Source of the DNA: Candidatus Peribacteraceae bacterium
GTDB lineage: Bacteria; Patescibacteriota; Gracilibacteria; Peribacterales; Peribacteraceae
Direction of reading: 5' to 3'
Assembly (NCBI GenBank): GCA_013140485.1
Contig: JABFSS010000068.1
Coordinates: 1-44,724, forward strand
DNA length: 44,724 nt
Shown here: in pieces, positions 9,110 to 18,117 of the stretch
Position numbering within the stretch: position 1 is the stretch's first letter
Layout: each line of letters begins with the position of its first letter
The notes under the pieces: generated by a model
What the model saw: only the letters and a program-made list of their open reading frames with translations
Database searches by the model: none
Told to the model about the DNA's origin: nothing
Program-made: the position numbers and the translations under genes

Positions 9110-9358
9110 TTACTTCCTATACGCCAAGAACGCCAAAAACCTCGCGCGCTCAATCGCGGTCCGCAGCATTTTCTGGTGCTTGAGACACACTCCCGTGTAG
9201 TACCGCTTCATGATGTTGCCGAAGTAATCGACGAACGGCTTGATGGTCGGGTAATCCTTGTAATCAATGTACTTGGCACCGCCTCCCGCCGTGCAGAAGG
9301 GGCACTTCTTGAGACGGGGATCGGATCGGCGCTGTGATGATTTCTGCTGCTGTGCCAT
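9110..9358 (-). CDS. rpsR: 30S ribosomal protein S18
   Basis: KKCPFC....YIDYKD...LK.F....G.I..R..TG.C.KHQK.L..AIERARFLA.L is the S18 pattern. 82 aa. Sits 4 nt downstream of rpsF. Confidence 0.92.
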   Translation of the reverse strand: MAQQQKSSQRRSDPRLKKCPFCTAGGGAKYIDYKDYPTIKPFVDYFGNIMKRYYTGVCLKHQKMLRTAIERARFLAFLAYRK

Positions 9359-9362
9359 GGGT

Positions 9363-9926
9363 TTAGAGGGAATCCAAATCGTCGGTAATCAGCTTATCAA
9401 TACTCTTCGTCACCTCCTCTCCACTCATCTTCTCCACGGCCTTCGGTTCGGCCTTCTTCTCCGTCGACTTCATCTGCACTTTGCGCCGCGCCTTGGCCGC
9501 AACTTTTTCCTCGAGCGCCGCCTGCTTCTCGCGCGTGCGCTTCTGGTCGACGCTCTCGCGCTCCTTAAGCCACTGCTCGTACGCGTCGGAGTATTTGACG
9601 ACCTGATAGTGCTTCGGCGGCTTCACGAACAGATGCCGCAGAACGCCCTTAGCGATCTTCAAACTCTGGTCGACTTCCTTCAGCTTGAGCGGATCCATCT
9701 CGTAGTAGTAGATCGTGATGTTCGCCTCCTTTATTCCCTTGATCGGATAGGCCAGACCGCGGCGGCCCCATGCATCCTTCGAGACGAGTTTGGCGCCGAC
9801 TTCCTCAAAGTATCCCTCGACCTCCTTCACCAAAGCCGCCTCGTCCTTCTGGGGCAGAGGGTAGGTCGTGAGAATCGCGCATTCGTAGATGCGGGTATCT
9901 TCACCGGTAGCGATGAGTTCTGGCAT
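9363..9926 (-). CDS. rpsF: 30S ribosomal protein S6 with a K/E-rich C-terminal extension of about 90 aa
   Basis: YECAILTTYPL....A.LVKEVEGYFEEVGAKLVSKDAWGRRGLAYPIKG......YYYEM is an S6 core. The tail ends ...KSIDKLITDDLDSL. Confidence 0.88.
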   Translation of the reverse strand: MPELIATGEDTRIYECAILTTYPLPQKDEAALVKEVEGYFEEVGAKLVSKDAWGRRGLAYPIKGIKEANITIYYYEMDPLKLKEVDQSLKIAKGVLRHLFVKPPKHYQVVKYSDAYEQWLKERESVDQKRTREKQAALEEKVAAKARRKVQMKSTEKKAEPKAVEKMSGEEVTKSIDKLITDDLDSL

Positions 9927-10027
9927 GGGACTTGTGGTCAGAGCCCTATATCACAATGGATACAGGGAAATCTAAATAGGCGCCTACCTTAAAGGGCGAC
10001 TGTGTAGTGGGTCAAGTGGTTCCTCGC

Positions 10028-10846
10028 CTAGCTTGGCTGCGGGGCAACCCGCCCTGGAGCCGCCTGAGGCTGTGGTGCAGGCTGAGGCTGTGCTGCAGCC
10101 TGTCCGCTTCCGGCAAACCAATTGATGAGACGGATTGCTCCGCTGAGACCGAAAGAAAAAATGAGTGCGGGAATGGCTGCCGGTGCCAGATACGCGGCGC
10201 CTCCGGCAACAAGTGCATAGAGTGCTGTTTTCACAACGGCTTGAGTTTTCGGACTTTCAATTTTACTCGTCACGGCGTCTATCGCCATCGGCGCAAGCAC
10301 CGCTCCCCCCACCATTCCGCCGAAAACCGCCGCAGTTGTGAGACCTTCACCCGCGCCAACGGCAGTTGCCGCCATAGTGCCGAGAGCGCCTCCTCCGGCC
10401 ATCGGCGCCACCATTGCGCCGACAAGCTTTGCCGATTCGTGAACTGTCCCAAGAACCGGACCGAGATCGTTGTGTTTCTGCTGGGCCAGCGCACCTGTGC
10501 CGGTTCGCAATTCTGCGAGAAGCTTTTTCACGGAAAACGGCGTCTTTTCCGTCATTTCCACCTGCGCTCGTGAGACCGCCTTCTCCACAAGCCACGCGTC
10601 AGTTTCGTTCCACTCTGCGGCCCCCTGCTTGGCTATCTCTATTTCGCGGCCCAGATCTTCGAGTTTATTCCGTGTTTCTAATACGCGCTGTGCCTTCAAT
10701 TCGGGAGGGACGAGGCTCTCGTGCTCACGCAATTGAACCAGGGTCGCTTTCAATTGCTCAAGTCTCGCAATAAATCCGGCGGCGGCTGCACCGGCATTCT
10801 CTGGTCGGCCCATAACATCGATTGGGGAAGCAGACATGAGACCCAT
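10028..10846 (-). CDS. hypothetical coiled-coil protein with Gly/Ala-zipper membrane segments and a P/Q/A-rich tail
   Basis: I prefer the start at MGLMSASPIDV (ATG 10846) over the ORF-track start at 11023, which runs into the rRNA promoter region. The C-terminal half reads GAMVAPMAGGGALGTMAATAVGAGEG...GGMVGGAVLAPMAID. Confidence 0.5.
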   Translation of the reverse strand: MGLMSASPIDVMGRPENAGAAAAGFIARLEQLKATLVQLREHESLVPPELKAQRVLETRNKLEDLGREIEIAKQGAAEWNETDAWLVEKAVSRAQVEMTEKTPFSVKKLLAELRTGTGALAQQKHNDLGPVLGTVHESAKLVGAMVAPMAGGGALGTMAATAVGAGEGLTTAAVFGGMVGGAVLAPMAIDAVTSKIESPKTQAVVKTALYALVAGGAAYLAPAAIPALIFSFGLSGAIRLINWFAGSGQAAAQPQPAPQPQAAPGRVAPQPS

Positions 10847-10951
10847 TCTACACTTTTCCGCTTCAGGAAGCAATTTTAGATCATGGGCAATCGATATCTT
10901 CCTGCAGAAAACAGGGTGGGCGGTGAACACTAAAGATAGCCAAAAACCTTC

Positions 10952-10979
10952 TTGACCCGTCTTTGAGGAAGAGTAAGAT
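10952..10979 (+). promoter_or_regulatory. candidate promoter of the 16S rRNA transcription unit
   Basis: TTGACC (10952-10957), a 16-nt spacer, then TAAGAT (10974-10979). About 165 nt upstream of the processing stem. Confidence 0.4.
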
Positions 10980-11087
10980 TTCCCGGCTGCCTTCGCCGAA
11001 TACGCGGATGGCACGTACTCCAAGATCCTTTGTAGCCTCGGCTCTCTAGGAAACTTGAGGGCTGTCTATAGACGTGCTTGGTGCTCA

Positions 11088-11129
11088 TTCACCCTTCGAC
11101 TCGGGCCTTCGGCCCTCGCTCAGGGTGAA
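11088..11129. repeat. REP-like hairpin element in the pre-16S leader
   Basis: ttcaccc ttcgac tc gggcc ttc ggccc tc gctca gggtgaa: conserved inverted flanks around a GC hairpin. A second 8-bp hairpin follows (gaaagatc gaa gatctttc, 11127-11145). Confidence 0.55.
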
Positions 11130-11144
11130 AGATCGAAGATCTTT

Positions 11145-11171
11145 CACAGCATCGTGTAGTAGAGAAGCTTG
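11145..11171 (+). other. 5' strand of the 16S processing (RNase III-type) stem
   Basis: cacagcatcgtgtagtagagaagcttg pairs with 12921-12948 (caagttttctctactacacaatgctgtg). About 26 bp with one mismatch and one bulge, enclosing the whole 16S. Confidence 0.75.
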
Positions 11172-11286
11172 TGATCATCTGAGATCTAATATTTCTCAGC
11201 ATGATTTTTGTCCACAATTCCTTTGGAATTAACGTCGTCGATCGACCGACGCAAACTGTCGATCAATGTATAGAGCATTTCATCTC

Positions 11287-12755
<1,469 letters not shown>

Positions 12756-12920
12756 CCAGGGAGTTAGCAATAGATGCACCCTTCGGGGTGTACTCAACGG
12801 CTTTACCTGCATGCTCTGGCCCGTAGTCACCGGCCAACATGTCTTTGCATTGATCAGGGACTACCTCCAATCCCCTGCCCCTCGCGTAGCGAGAGGACCA
12901 GAGGGTTGGAGCCTGAAATA

Positions 12921-12948
12921 CAAGTTTTCTCTACTACACAATGCTGTG
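12921..12948 (+). other. 3' strand of the 16S processing stem
   Basis: Complement of 11145-11171 (see that feature). Confidence 0.75.
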
Positions 12949-12963
12949 AACCAAGTACCGCGT

Positions 12964-12983
12964 ACCTCAATTGAGGTGTTTTT
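12964..12983 (+). terminator. candidate intrinsic terminator of the 16S transcription unit
   Basis: acctcaattgaggt hairpin (12964-12977) followed by gttttt. It sits 16 nt after the processing stem. The stem is short (5-6 bp). Confidence 0.45.
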
Positions 12984-13170
12984 GGGAAACAGCGCAAAAT
13001 GCCTATTCTTGCGCAGTGCTATACACTATTGCGCAATGTTACATTCCGCCCCTCACGTTCTTCGATCTGAGTTGCCCGCAGTGCGTAATGAATTCGGCTG
13101 TTGCTACGAAGGTTCGTCGGGAGAAACGATTGTCGGTTCTATTCTCCGTGCGGACAAAACGATTCTGACA

Positions 13171-13581
13171 ATGCATCATCCCGAGTGGATACCGTTGGAA
13201 CGGGGAGCTCCAAAAGACATGACCGTCATGACGCAGTACTGGCGTCCGGAAACATGGTACGAAGCACTGCTCCATGGGCCTGGAGCACTGCAACGCTTTG
13301 CTCGTTTTCTGATGCAAAAAATTATCTCCGACACGGAACGACGAAAGCTCTCGGCCCACTGCACACATGCGCGTATTCCCACTCCTCCCGGATTGGCGGA
13401 GCAGGGCACCATTGTTCTTGGCAACGACGCGCGGGTGAAAACGATCATCGATGCAGCCTGGAAAGAAGACGACATGGTTCTTCCGCTGACGGAGTATGCG
13501 CGGCTGGTGATTAAGCGACTGATGGAAAGAAATCCCGGTCTCCCCTTTATAAACGAGAAAAAGGTGACGGTCGCCGTTTAG
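13171..13581 (+). CDS. hypothetical protein (start uncertain; alternative in-frame ATG at 13036)
   Basis: The ORF-track ORF 12811-13581 begins inside the rRNA spacer/processing stem, so only ATGs downstream of the terminator are credible. No recognised motif. Its 3' end overlaps sufD convergently by 4 nt. Confidence 0.4.
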   Translation: MHHPEWIPLERGAPKDMTVMTQYWRPETWYEALLHGPGALQRFARFLMQKIISDTERRKLSAHCTHARIPTPPGLAEQGTIVLGNDARVKTIIDAAWKEDDMVLPLTEYARLVIKRLMERNPGLPFINEKKVTVAV

Positions 13582-14372
13582 GAATACTTCGTTTCGACCG
13601 CCGCGAGCACATCCTGCCGGACCGCCTCATCTCCGATCTTCGTCACCATCTCCCCCAAAAACCCCTCCACAAACATTCTCCTCGCTTCTCGTTCCGCGAT
13701 CCCTCTCGCGGCGAAGTAAAACAGATCTTCGTCCGTGACTCTGCTGACGGTCGCGGAATGACTGGCGCGCACGTCGTTGGTTTTGATCTCGAGTCCCGGG
13801 ATCGCGTCGACTTTGGACGTTTTATCGAGCATGAGGACGTCCTGCGTCAGGTACGTATCGGTGCCGGCTCCGCCTTTGCCGATCTCGATCATGCCGTCGC
13901 ATTTCACATGTCCTCTCTGCTCCGCGACGCCCTTCATCGTCATCTCCCCTCCCCCGCGCTTCCCCAGAAACACGTTGCGCGCGGTGAGATGATATTTTTC
14001 GTCGTGCTTCGCATAGAACATCCAATCGACTTCGCTGACGGCATCGTCTCCCGTGAGTTCTGAGCGTAGATTGTGCTCGACCGTTCCCGCCCCGAGCGTC
14101 ACGTTCCTCCAGCGGATCGTTGCATTGTCTCCCACAGAAGCGCGCTGTGTGATCGTGAGATGCCCGGCCGGATCAGATGTCTGCTCCGAGATGAATTCCA
14201 CGTCCGCTCCCGAGTGCACGACCACCTCCGTGGAACAGTCAGCCGTCACGTGCTGAACAATGCAGACGCGTGCGTTCTTCCCCACGATGATTTTTACGGG
14301 ACCGCATCCCTGCACGGAAAACGCATCGTGATCTTTCGTCCCGTCCGGGATGACGAATTCCACATCTGCCAT
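13578..14372 (-). CDS. sufD: Fe-S cluster assembly protein SufD (short form)
   Basis: ...EVDWMFYAK.....L.ARNVFLGKRGGGEMTMKGVAEQRGHVKCDGMIEIGKGGAGTDTYLTQDVLMLDKTSKVDAIPGLEIKTNDVRASHSATVSRVTDEDLFYFAARGI.EREARRM is the SufB/SufD beta-helix plus C-terminal signature. Start taken at MADVEFVIPDG (alternative at 14411). The ORF-track N-terminal extension to 14750 crosses a terminator hairpin and is AT-rich. Confidence 0.8.
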   Translation of the reverse strand: MADVEFVIPDGTKDHDAFSVQGCGPVKIIVGKNARVCIVQHVTADCSTEVVVHSGADVEFISEQTSDPAGHLTITQRASVGDNATIRWRNVTLGAGTVEHNLRSELTGDDAVSEVDWMFYAKHDEKYHLTARNVFLGKRGGGEMTMKGVAEQRGHVKCDGMIEIGKGGAGTDTYLTQDVLMLDKTSKVDAIPGLEIKTNDVRASHSATVSRVTDEDLFYFAARGIAEREARRMFVEGFLGEMVTKIGDEAVRQDVLAAVETKYS

Positions 14373-14495
14373 ACCGAAATCGTAGCAGGTATAAGCCAAG
14401 AAAACCGCCATTAAGGGTATTATTGACGTTTTCCTTGCATCCGGTGCAATGACAAGTACACTGAACGTGGTTTTATTTCTCTTCTCAAATATTTT

Positions 14496-14648
14496 ATGGC
14501 TTTTGGCACCCCTGGTCAGTCTCCGGACATGAAACTCAACATTCCTGCCAATACGAATCTTGATGGCGGGGCAGATATGATTGATCCTGCGATGGTCGAT
14601 GATGAGATGAAGAAGGTGACCCAGAAACTTGATCAGATCAAGATCTGA
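14496..14648 (+). CDS. small acidic ORF (50 aa), hypothetical
   Basis: MAFGTPGQSPDMKLNIPANTNLDGGADMIDPAMVDDEMKKVTQKLDQIKI-stop. Followed 25 nt later by a clean hairpin plus T-tract. Below the ORF-track size cut-off. Confidence 0.35.
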   Translation: MAFGTPGQSPDMKLNIPANTNLDGGADMIDPAMVDDEMKKVTQKLDQIKI

Positions 14649-14672
14649 AGTACATTGCTCCAAGAAATTAAA

Positions 14673-14693
14673 AGCCCTCTCCGGAGGGCTTTT
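14673..14693 (+). terminator. intrinsic terminator (usable on both strands)
   Basis: agccctc tccg gagggct followed by ttt; preceded by aaa. Confidence 0.65.
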
Positions 14694-14702
14694 GTGTAGT
14701 AT

Positions 14703-14731
14703 TTGCATAAATTGATTAAATTTGGTATAAT
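14703..14731 (+). promoter_or_regulatory. near-consensus sigma70 promoter
   Basis: TTGCAT (14703-14708), a 17-nt spacer, then TATAAT (14726-14731). The first ATG downstream is at 14757. Confidence 0.6.
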
Positions 14732-14756
14732 AGTAACAACATTCACACACACTCCT

Positions 14757-14924
14757 ATGGACCGTATCAGAAAAGATGAATTCCCCCGACAGTTGAATGG
14801 GGAAAAAGTTTCATCGGGCATGGAAGCCATTCTTCGTCAGGAAGAGGATGAAATAAAAAATAGAGTTCGTGGAAAAGTCGGCGATTGCATGGGCGCACAG
14901 ATGCCAGGGGGTCAGATGTACTAA
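14757..14924 (+). CDS. small hypothetical protein (55 aa)
   Basis: MDRIRKDEFPRQLNGEKVSSGMEAILRQEEDEIKNRVRGKVGDCMGAQMPGGQMY. It is the first ATG after the 14703 promoter. The ORF-track start at 14703 lies on the -35 box. Confidence 0.35.
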   Translation: MDRIRKDEFPRQLNGEKVSSGMEAILRQEEDEIKNRVRGKVGDCMGAQMPGGQMY

Positions 14925-14935
14925 AGTCACTCCAT

Positions 14936-15289
14936 ATGAACACAATCGGAGGACCGCTGCCGCCGGGTGATTATCGCAAGGTGGAAAAGATTTTGCCGAC
15001 GCAACAACCGAACACGGATGCGCCACCGAAAGAACCGGATACTTCTGCAAAGGAAAATATGGAAGAGAAGCCGGGTTTTGCGAGAGTGATTTCCAGCGTC
15101 GTGGAAGTATTAAGCAGCGAAGAGACTATTCGAAAAAAGGTGGATCACACCATCAAAGCCGTCGCCTATCTCCTGGGTGCATCGACGGACTCCGATCGAT
15201 TCTTAGCGGCGCAGAAAATTCGAGAGGACTTGGCAACGGAAACAGCTTCGACTGATGCCGCAAAGGCGTACGGCAAGAAGGACAAATAG
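14936..15289 (+). CDS. hypothetical protein (117 aa)
   Basis: MNTIGGPLPPGDYRK...; an in-frame ATG 11 nt after the previous stop. The ORF-track start at 14885 overlaps the preceding ORF. Confidence 0.45.
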   Translation: MNTIGGPLPPGDYRKVEKILPTQQPNTDAPPKEPDTSAKENMEEKPGFARVISSVVEVLSSEETIRKKVDHTIKAVAYLLGASTDSDRFLAAQKIREDLATETASTDAAKAYGKKDK

Positions 15290-15339
15290 GGCTTGAGAAG
15301 AGGTTTTGGACAAAAGTCATAAGACAATGTACAGTTTAT

Positions 15340-15762
15340 TTGTCTATGGTCGAACAATTTCATCCGTTGGTAGTTTTCGCCGACGCGGAATATCCGTTCA
15401 CGGAGCGTGGTCCGGATCCCGATGCTCCTGAAAGCATCCCCGGCGGGCGGGCGAACGCATCGCCTCCAAAAATTGAGACGAGAGAGAAACCACGGACGCC
15501 ATCCAATTGGTACTTTGAGGTGCTCGAAGAATTGGAAGGTCCGGATTTGGACATGTTCGAACAATTTCAGGATAAGGGATACGACCTGATCGACGAGGCG
15601 TACGCAGATCTTCAGCGCCATAAACAATACAAATGTACGGTCGGCAATCTTGCACGATTTACTGCAACGTTCATTAAGACATTGATTGAGTCGCAAACAC
15701 CGCAACGACCTCGATTCCGAAGGCAGCCAAACGGATCGGCAAGTGTCGCTTCTGCGGGATGA
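15340..15762 (+). CDS. hypothetical acidic protein (140 aa)
   Basis: Open frame with a plausible composition. No recognised motif. Confidence 0.45.
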   Translation: MSMVEQFHPLVVFADAEYPFTERGPDPDAPESIPGGRANASPPKIETREKPRTPSNWYFEVLEELEGPDLDMFEQFQDKGYDLIDEAYADLQRHKQYKCTVGNLARFTATFIKTLIESQTPQRPRFRRQPNGSASVASAG

Positions 15763-15771
15763 GTGGATCAC

Positions 15772-16026
15772 TTAGCCGATTGCCGTATCACCCGTGTCGA
15801 AGTTCTTTTTTGTATTCGTGCTTATGATCTTGAGCTTCTGAATCATTGTGGAGGCAAGACGTCCCCGGTAAATTTTCAGCATGCCTTGGAGAAGGGCCCG
15901 ATACACTTCGGGTAGATGCGGCCGTGCTTCCATCTCAAATTCCTCCGCCGTCAGATTGATTTTTCCGGATAGCTTCAGCTGCTGATGCAGCACTTCCAGC
16001 TGGCCGACGAGGATATGTAACGACAT
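15772..16026 (-). CDS. hypothetical protein (84 aa) immediately downstream of sufB
   Basis: Starts 12 nt after the sufB stop on the same strand. No DUF59/SufT-like motif seen. Confidence 0.45.
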   Translation of the reverse strand: MSLHILVGQLEVLHQQLKLSGKINLTAEEFEMEARPHLPEVYRALLQGMLKIYRGRLASTMIQKLKIISTNTKKNFDTGDTAIG

Positions 16027-16038
16027 GGGGCGGGCACT

Positions 16039-17442
16039 TTAGCCGACACTGCCCTCCATCTCCAATTCAATCAGCCTATTCATCTCCACCGCATATTCAA
16101 GCGGTAACAACCTCACAATCGGCTCGATAAAGCCGTTCACGATCATCGCGCGGGCTTCGTCTTTTTTGATGCCGCGGGACATCAGGTAGAAGAGATCTTC
16201 TTCGCTGAGCTTCCCCACCGTCGCTTCGTGCGCGATGGTGACGTCGTTGTTGCGGATTTGGATGTCGGGAATCGTATCGGTGCGGCTTTGTTCGTCGAGG
16301 AGGAGGGCATCGCACTCGACGCTGGCCGTGCAGTCGTGGGCATGCGGCGCGATTTTGAGCTGGCCGCGGTAGATGGCGGTACCTCCGCCTTTGCTCACTG
16401 ATTTGCTGATGACCTTGGAACTGGTGTGCGGCGCCAAGTGAAAAACCTTCGCGCCCGTGTCCTGCCACTGTCCGGCGTTCGCGAATGCAATGGCCATGTG
16501 GTCGCATCGGGCTCCTTCCCCTACAAGGACTGAACAGGGGTAGAGCATCGTGACGCCGCTGCCCATGTTCCCCCCGATCCATTCCATCGTCCCGTCACGC
16601 TCCACGATCGCGCGTTTGGTATTGAGGTTGTACGTATCGCGGCTCCAGTTCTCGACGGAGGAGTAGCGCGCCTTCGCCCCCGGTTTGACGAAGATCTCGA
16701 CGCATCCTGCATGGAGCGCGTGCGATCCATACTTCGGTGCGCTGCAGCCTTCGATGTAGTGAACATCAGCATTGTCTTCGACGATGATCAGCGTGTGCTC
16801 AAACTGGCCCATATTGCGGGCATTCATGCGGAAGTAGGCCTGCAGCGGATCGCGGACCTTCACGCCCTTGGGGATGTAGAGGAAGGTTCCGCCGGACCAC
16901 ACTGCGCCATGGAGAGCGGCAAACTTGTGATCGGTATTCGGCACGCACTTCATGAAGTACTTTTTTACTAAATCTGGATGCTGGTGCACGGCATCATCCA
17001 TATCGAGGAACACCACGCCCAGGTCCTCCCATTCTTTTTTCAGATTGTGATAGATCATGTCGCTTTCATACTGCGCGCCGACTCCCGCGAGGACTTTCCT
17101 CTCTGCATCGGGAATCCCGAGCCGGTCGTACACTTTGCGAATCTCCTCCGGAACCTCGCCCCAGTCGCTCACGTTCTCTGCGCCGGATTGTGCGTAGTAG
17201 ATGATGTCATCCAGATCGAGTTTGCTGAGGTCTGCACCCCACGTGGGCAGCGGCTTCTCGTGGAAGATTTTGAGTGACTGTAGACGATGCTCGAGCATCC
17301 ACTCGGGCTCTTTCTTATCGGCGCTGATCTGCCGGACGAGTACTTCGCTCACGCCTTTCTTTACACCGTCCGTGTAGGGGGAGGGGTTGGCTTCGTCGAA
17401 GGTTGAGCGGGAGAGGCCGGAGAAGATGGGGGTGGAGGGCAT
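16039..17442 (-). CDS. sufB: Fe-S cluster assembly protein SufB
   Basis: ...WEDLGVVF.DMD.AV..HPDLVKKYF...VP..D.KFAALH.AVWSGG.FLYIPKGV......LQAYFR.N....GQFEHTLII...NA.VHYIEGC.AP......LHAG.VEI...RYS.VENWS...YNLNTKRA... and the C-terminus DLFYLMSRGI..DEARAMIVNGF. Start taken at MPSTPIFSG (ATG 17442). Confidence 0.93.
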   Translation of the reverse strand: MPSTPIFSGLSRSTFDEANPSPYTDGVKKGVSEVLVRQISADKKEPEWMLEHRLQSLKIFHEKPLPTWGADLSKLDLDDIIYYAQSGAENVSDWGEVPEEIRKVYDRLGIPDAERKVLAGVGAQYESDMIYHNLKKEWEDLGVVFLDMDDAVHQHPDLVKKYFMKCVPNTDHKFAALHGAVWSGGTFLYIPKGVKVRDPLQAYFRMNARNMGQFEHTLIIVEDNADVHYIEGCSAPKYGSHALHAGCVEIFVKPGAKARYSSVENWSRDTYNLNTKRAIVERDGTMEWIGGNMGSGVTMLYPCSVLVGEGARCDHMAIAFANAGQWQDTGAKVFHLAPHTSSKVISKSVSKGGGTAIYRGQLKIAPHAHDCTASVECDALLLDEQSRTDTIPDIQIRNNDVTIAHEATVGKLSEEDLFYLMSRGIKKDEARAMIVNGFIEPIVRLLPLEYAVEMNRLIELEMEGSVG

Positions 17443-17453
17443 TGAGAGACAGA

Positions 17454-17463
17454 GAGTATACTC
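17454..17463. promoter_or_regulatory. palindromic -10 element shared by divergent genes
   Basis: gagtatactc is its own reverse complement. It reads TATACT on both strands: 12 nt before the sufB ATG (17442) and 10 nt before the plus-strand ATG (17473). Confidence 0.4.
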
Positions 17464-17472
17464 GAGTTCACT

Positions 17473-18117
17473 ATGCATTGGACAGAAAGAGTGATGGTTC
17501 TTGCTCCGGCAGATCAAAATGCGATCCTTCCGACAATAATAAATTCGGAAGGATTTTGGGCAGCTATTGGTGTGATTTTAGGATTCGGATTATCAGAAGG
17601 GAGCCGATATATCAGATCAAAATTAAGAATAAGAAATCTCAAGAGGGCAATGGTAGAAGAGCTAAAATCTATTAAATATCAAATTCTTCAGAAGAAAGAA
17701 ACTGTCCGCCAAATAATATCTGCTTTGCAACAGAGTAAAATCCAATCAGGAATAACTATTCGAACTTTCGATCTCGCTTACAAAAAATATTTGCCTGAAT
17801 TGTATGAACACCTTTCTCTTAAGGAACGGAATTGTATCCATACTATTTATGAACATTTGCTTTTGAATGATGAATTATTAGCAAATTATGAAAAAGAACT
17901 AGGAGACGATTTGCTGCGAAAGGTGACAAAGGACCCAATGGGAAAGCACCTATCTCACCTAAAAGACATGCTGATATCCTACGAACAAGTGGAAAAATGG
18001 ATTGAATCATATATTAAAGGTGATCCTGCAGACGTTTTGCACGTTGAAGTTTTATCTAAGAACCCTCAGGCAAAGGGTAAGCGTTGGGTAAGCATGAAAA
18101 GTCCCAATGAAGAGTGA
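17473..18117 (+). CDS. hypothetical protein with one N-terminal TM helix, encoded on an AT-rich island
   Basis: 214-aa ORF with FWAAIGVILGFGL followed by a K/E/L-rich helical body. Composition is strikingly AT-rich (hand count 18/60 G+C at 17641-17700). An alternative start is at 17494. Confidence 0.55.
   Translation: MHWTERVMVLAPADQNAILPTIINSEGFWAAIGVILGFGLSEGSRYIRSKLRIRNLKRAMVEELKSIKYQILQKKETVRQIISALQQSKIQSGITIRTFDLAYKKYLPELYEHLSLKERNCIHTIYEHLLLNDELLANYEKELGDDLLRKVTKDPMGKHLSHLKDMLISYEQVEKWIESYIKGDPADVLHVEVLSKNPQAKGKRWVSMKSPNEE

Noticed and set aside
12756-13170. Search for 23S, 5S, a spacer tRNA or another ncRNA after the 16S. I also noted three GCGCAA/TTGCGC words at 12993-13037 that can form alternative hairpins.
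   Set aside because: No conserved 23S, 5S or tRNA motifs are recognisable. The hairpins are short (6-7 bp) and have no associated T-tract or conserved context, so they are not called.
14373-14750. N-terminal extension of the sufD ORF to 390 aa. Analogous upstream extensions occur at 10847-11023, 12811-13170, 17443-17517, 22540-22653, 25297-25419, 26435-26509, 33529-33648, 34114-34449 and 37058-37321.
   Set aside because: The extensions cross terminator hairpins, REP elements, rRNA flanks or neighbouring genes. They lack family similarity. Internal ATGs give canonical N-termini.
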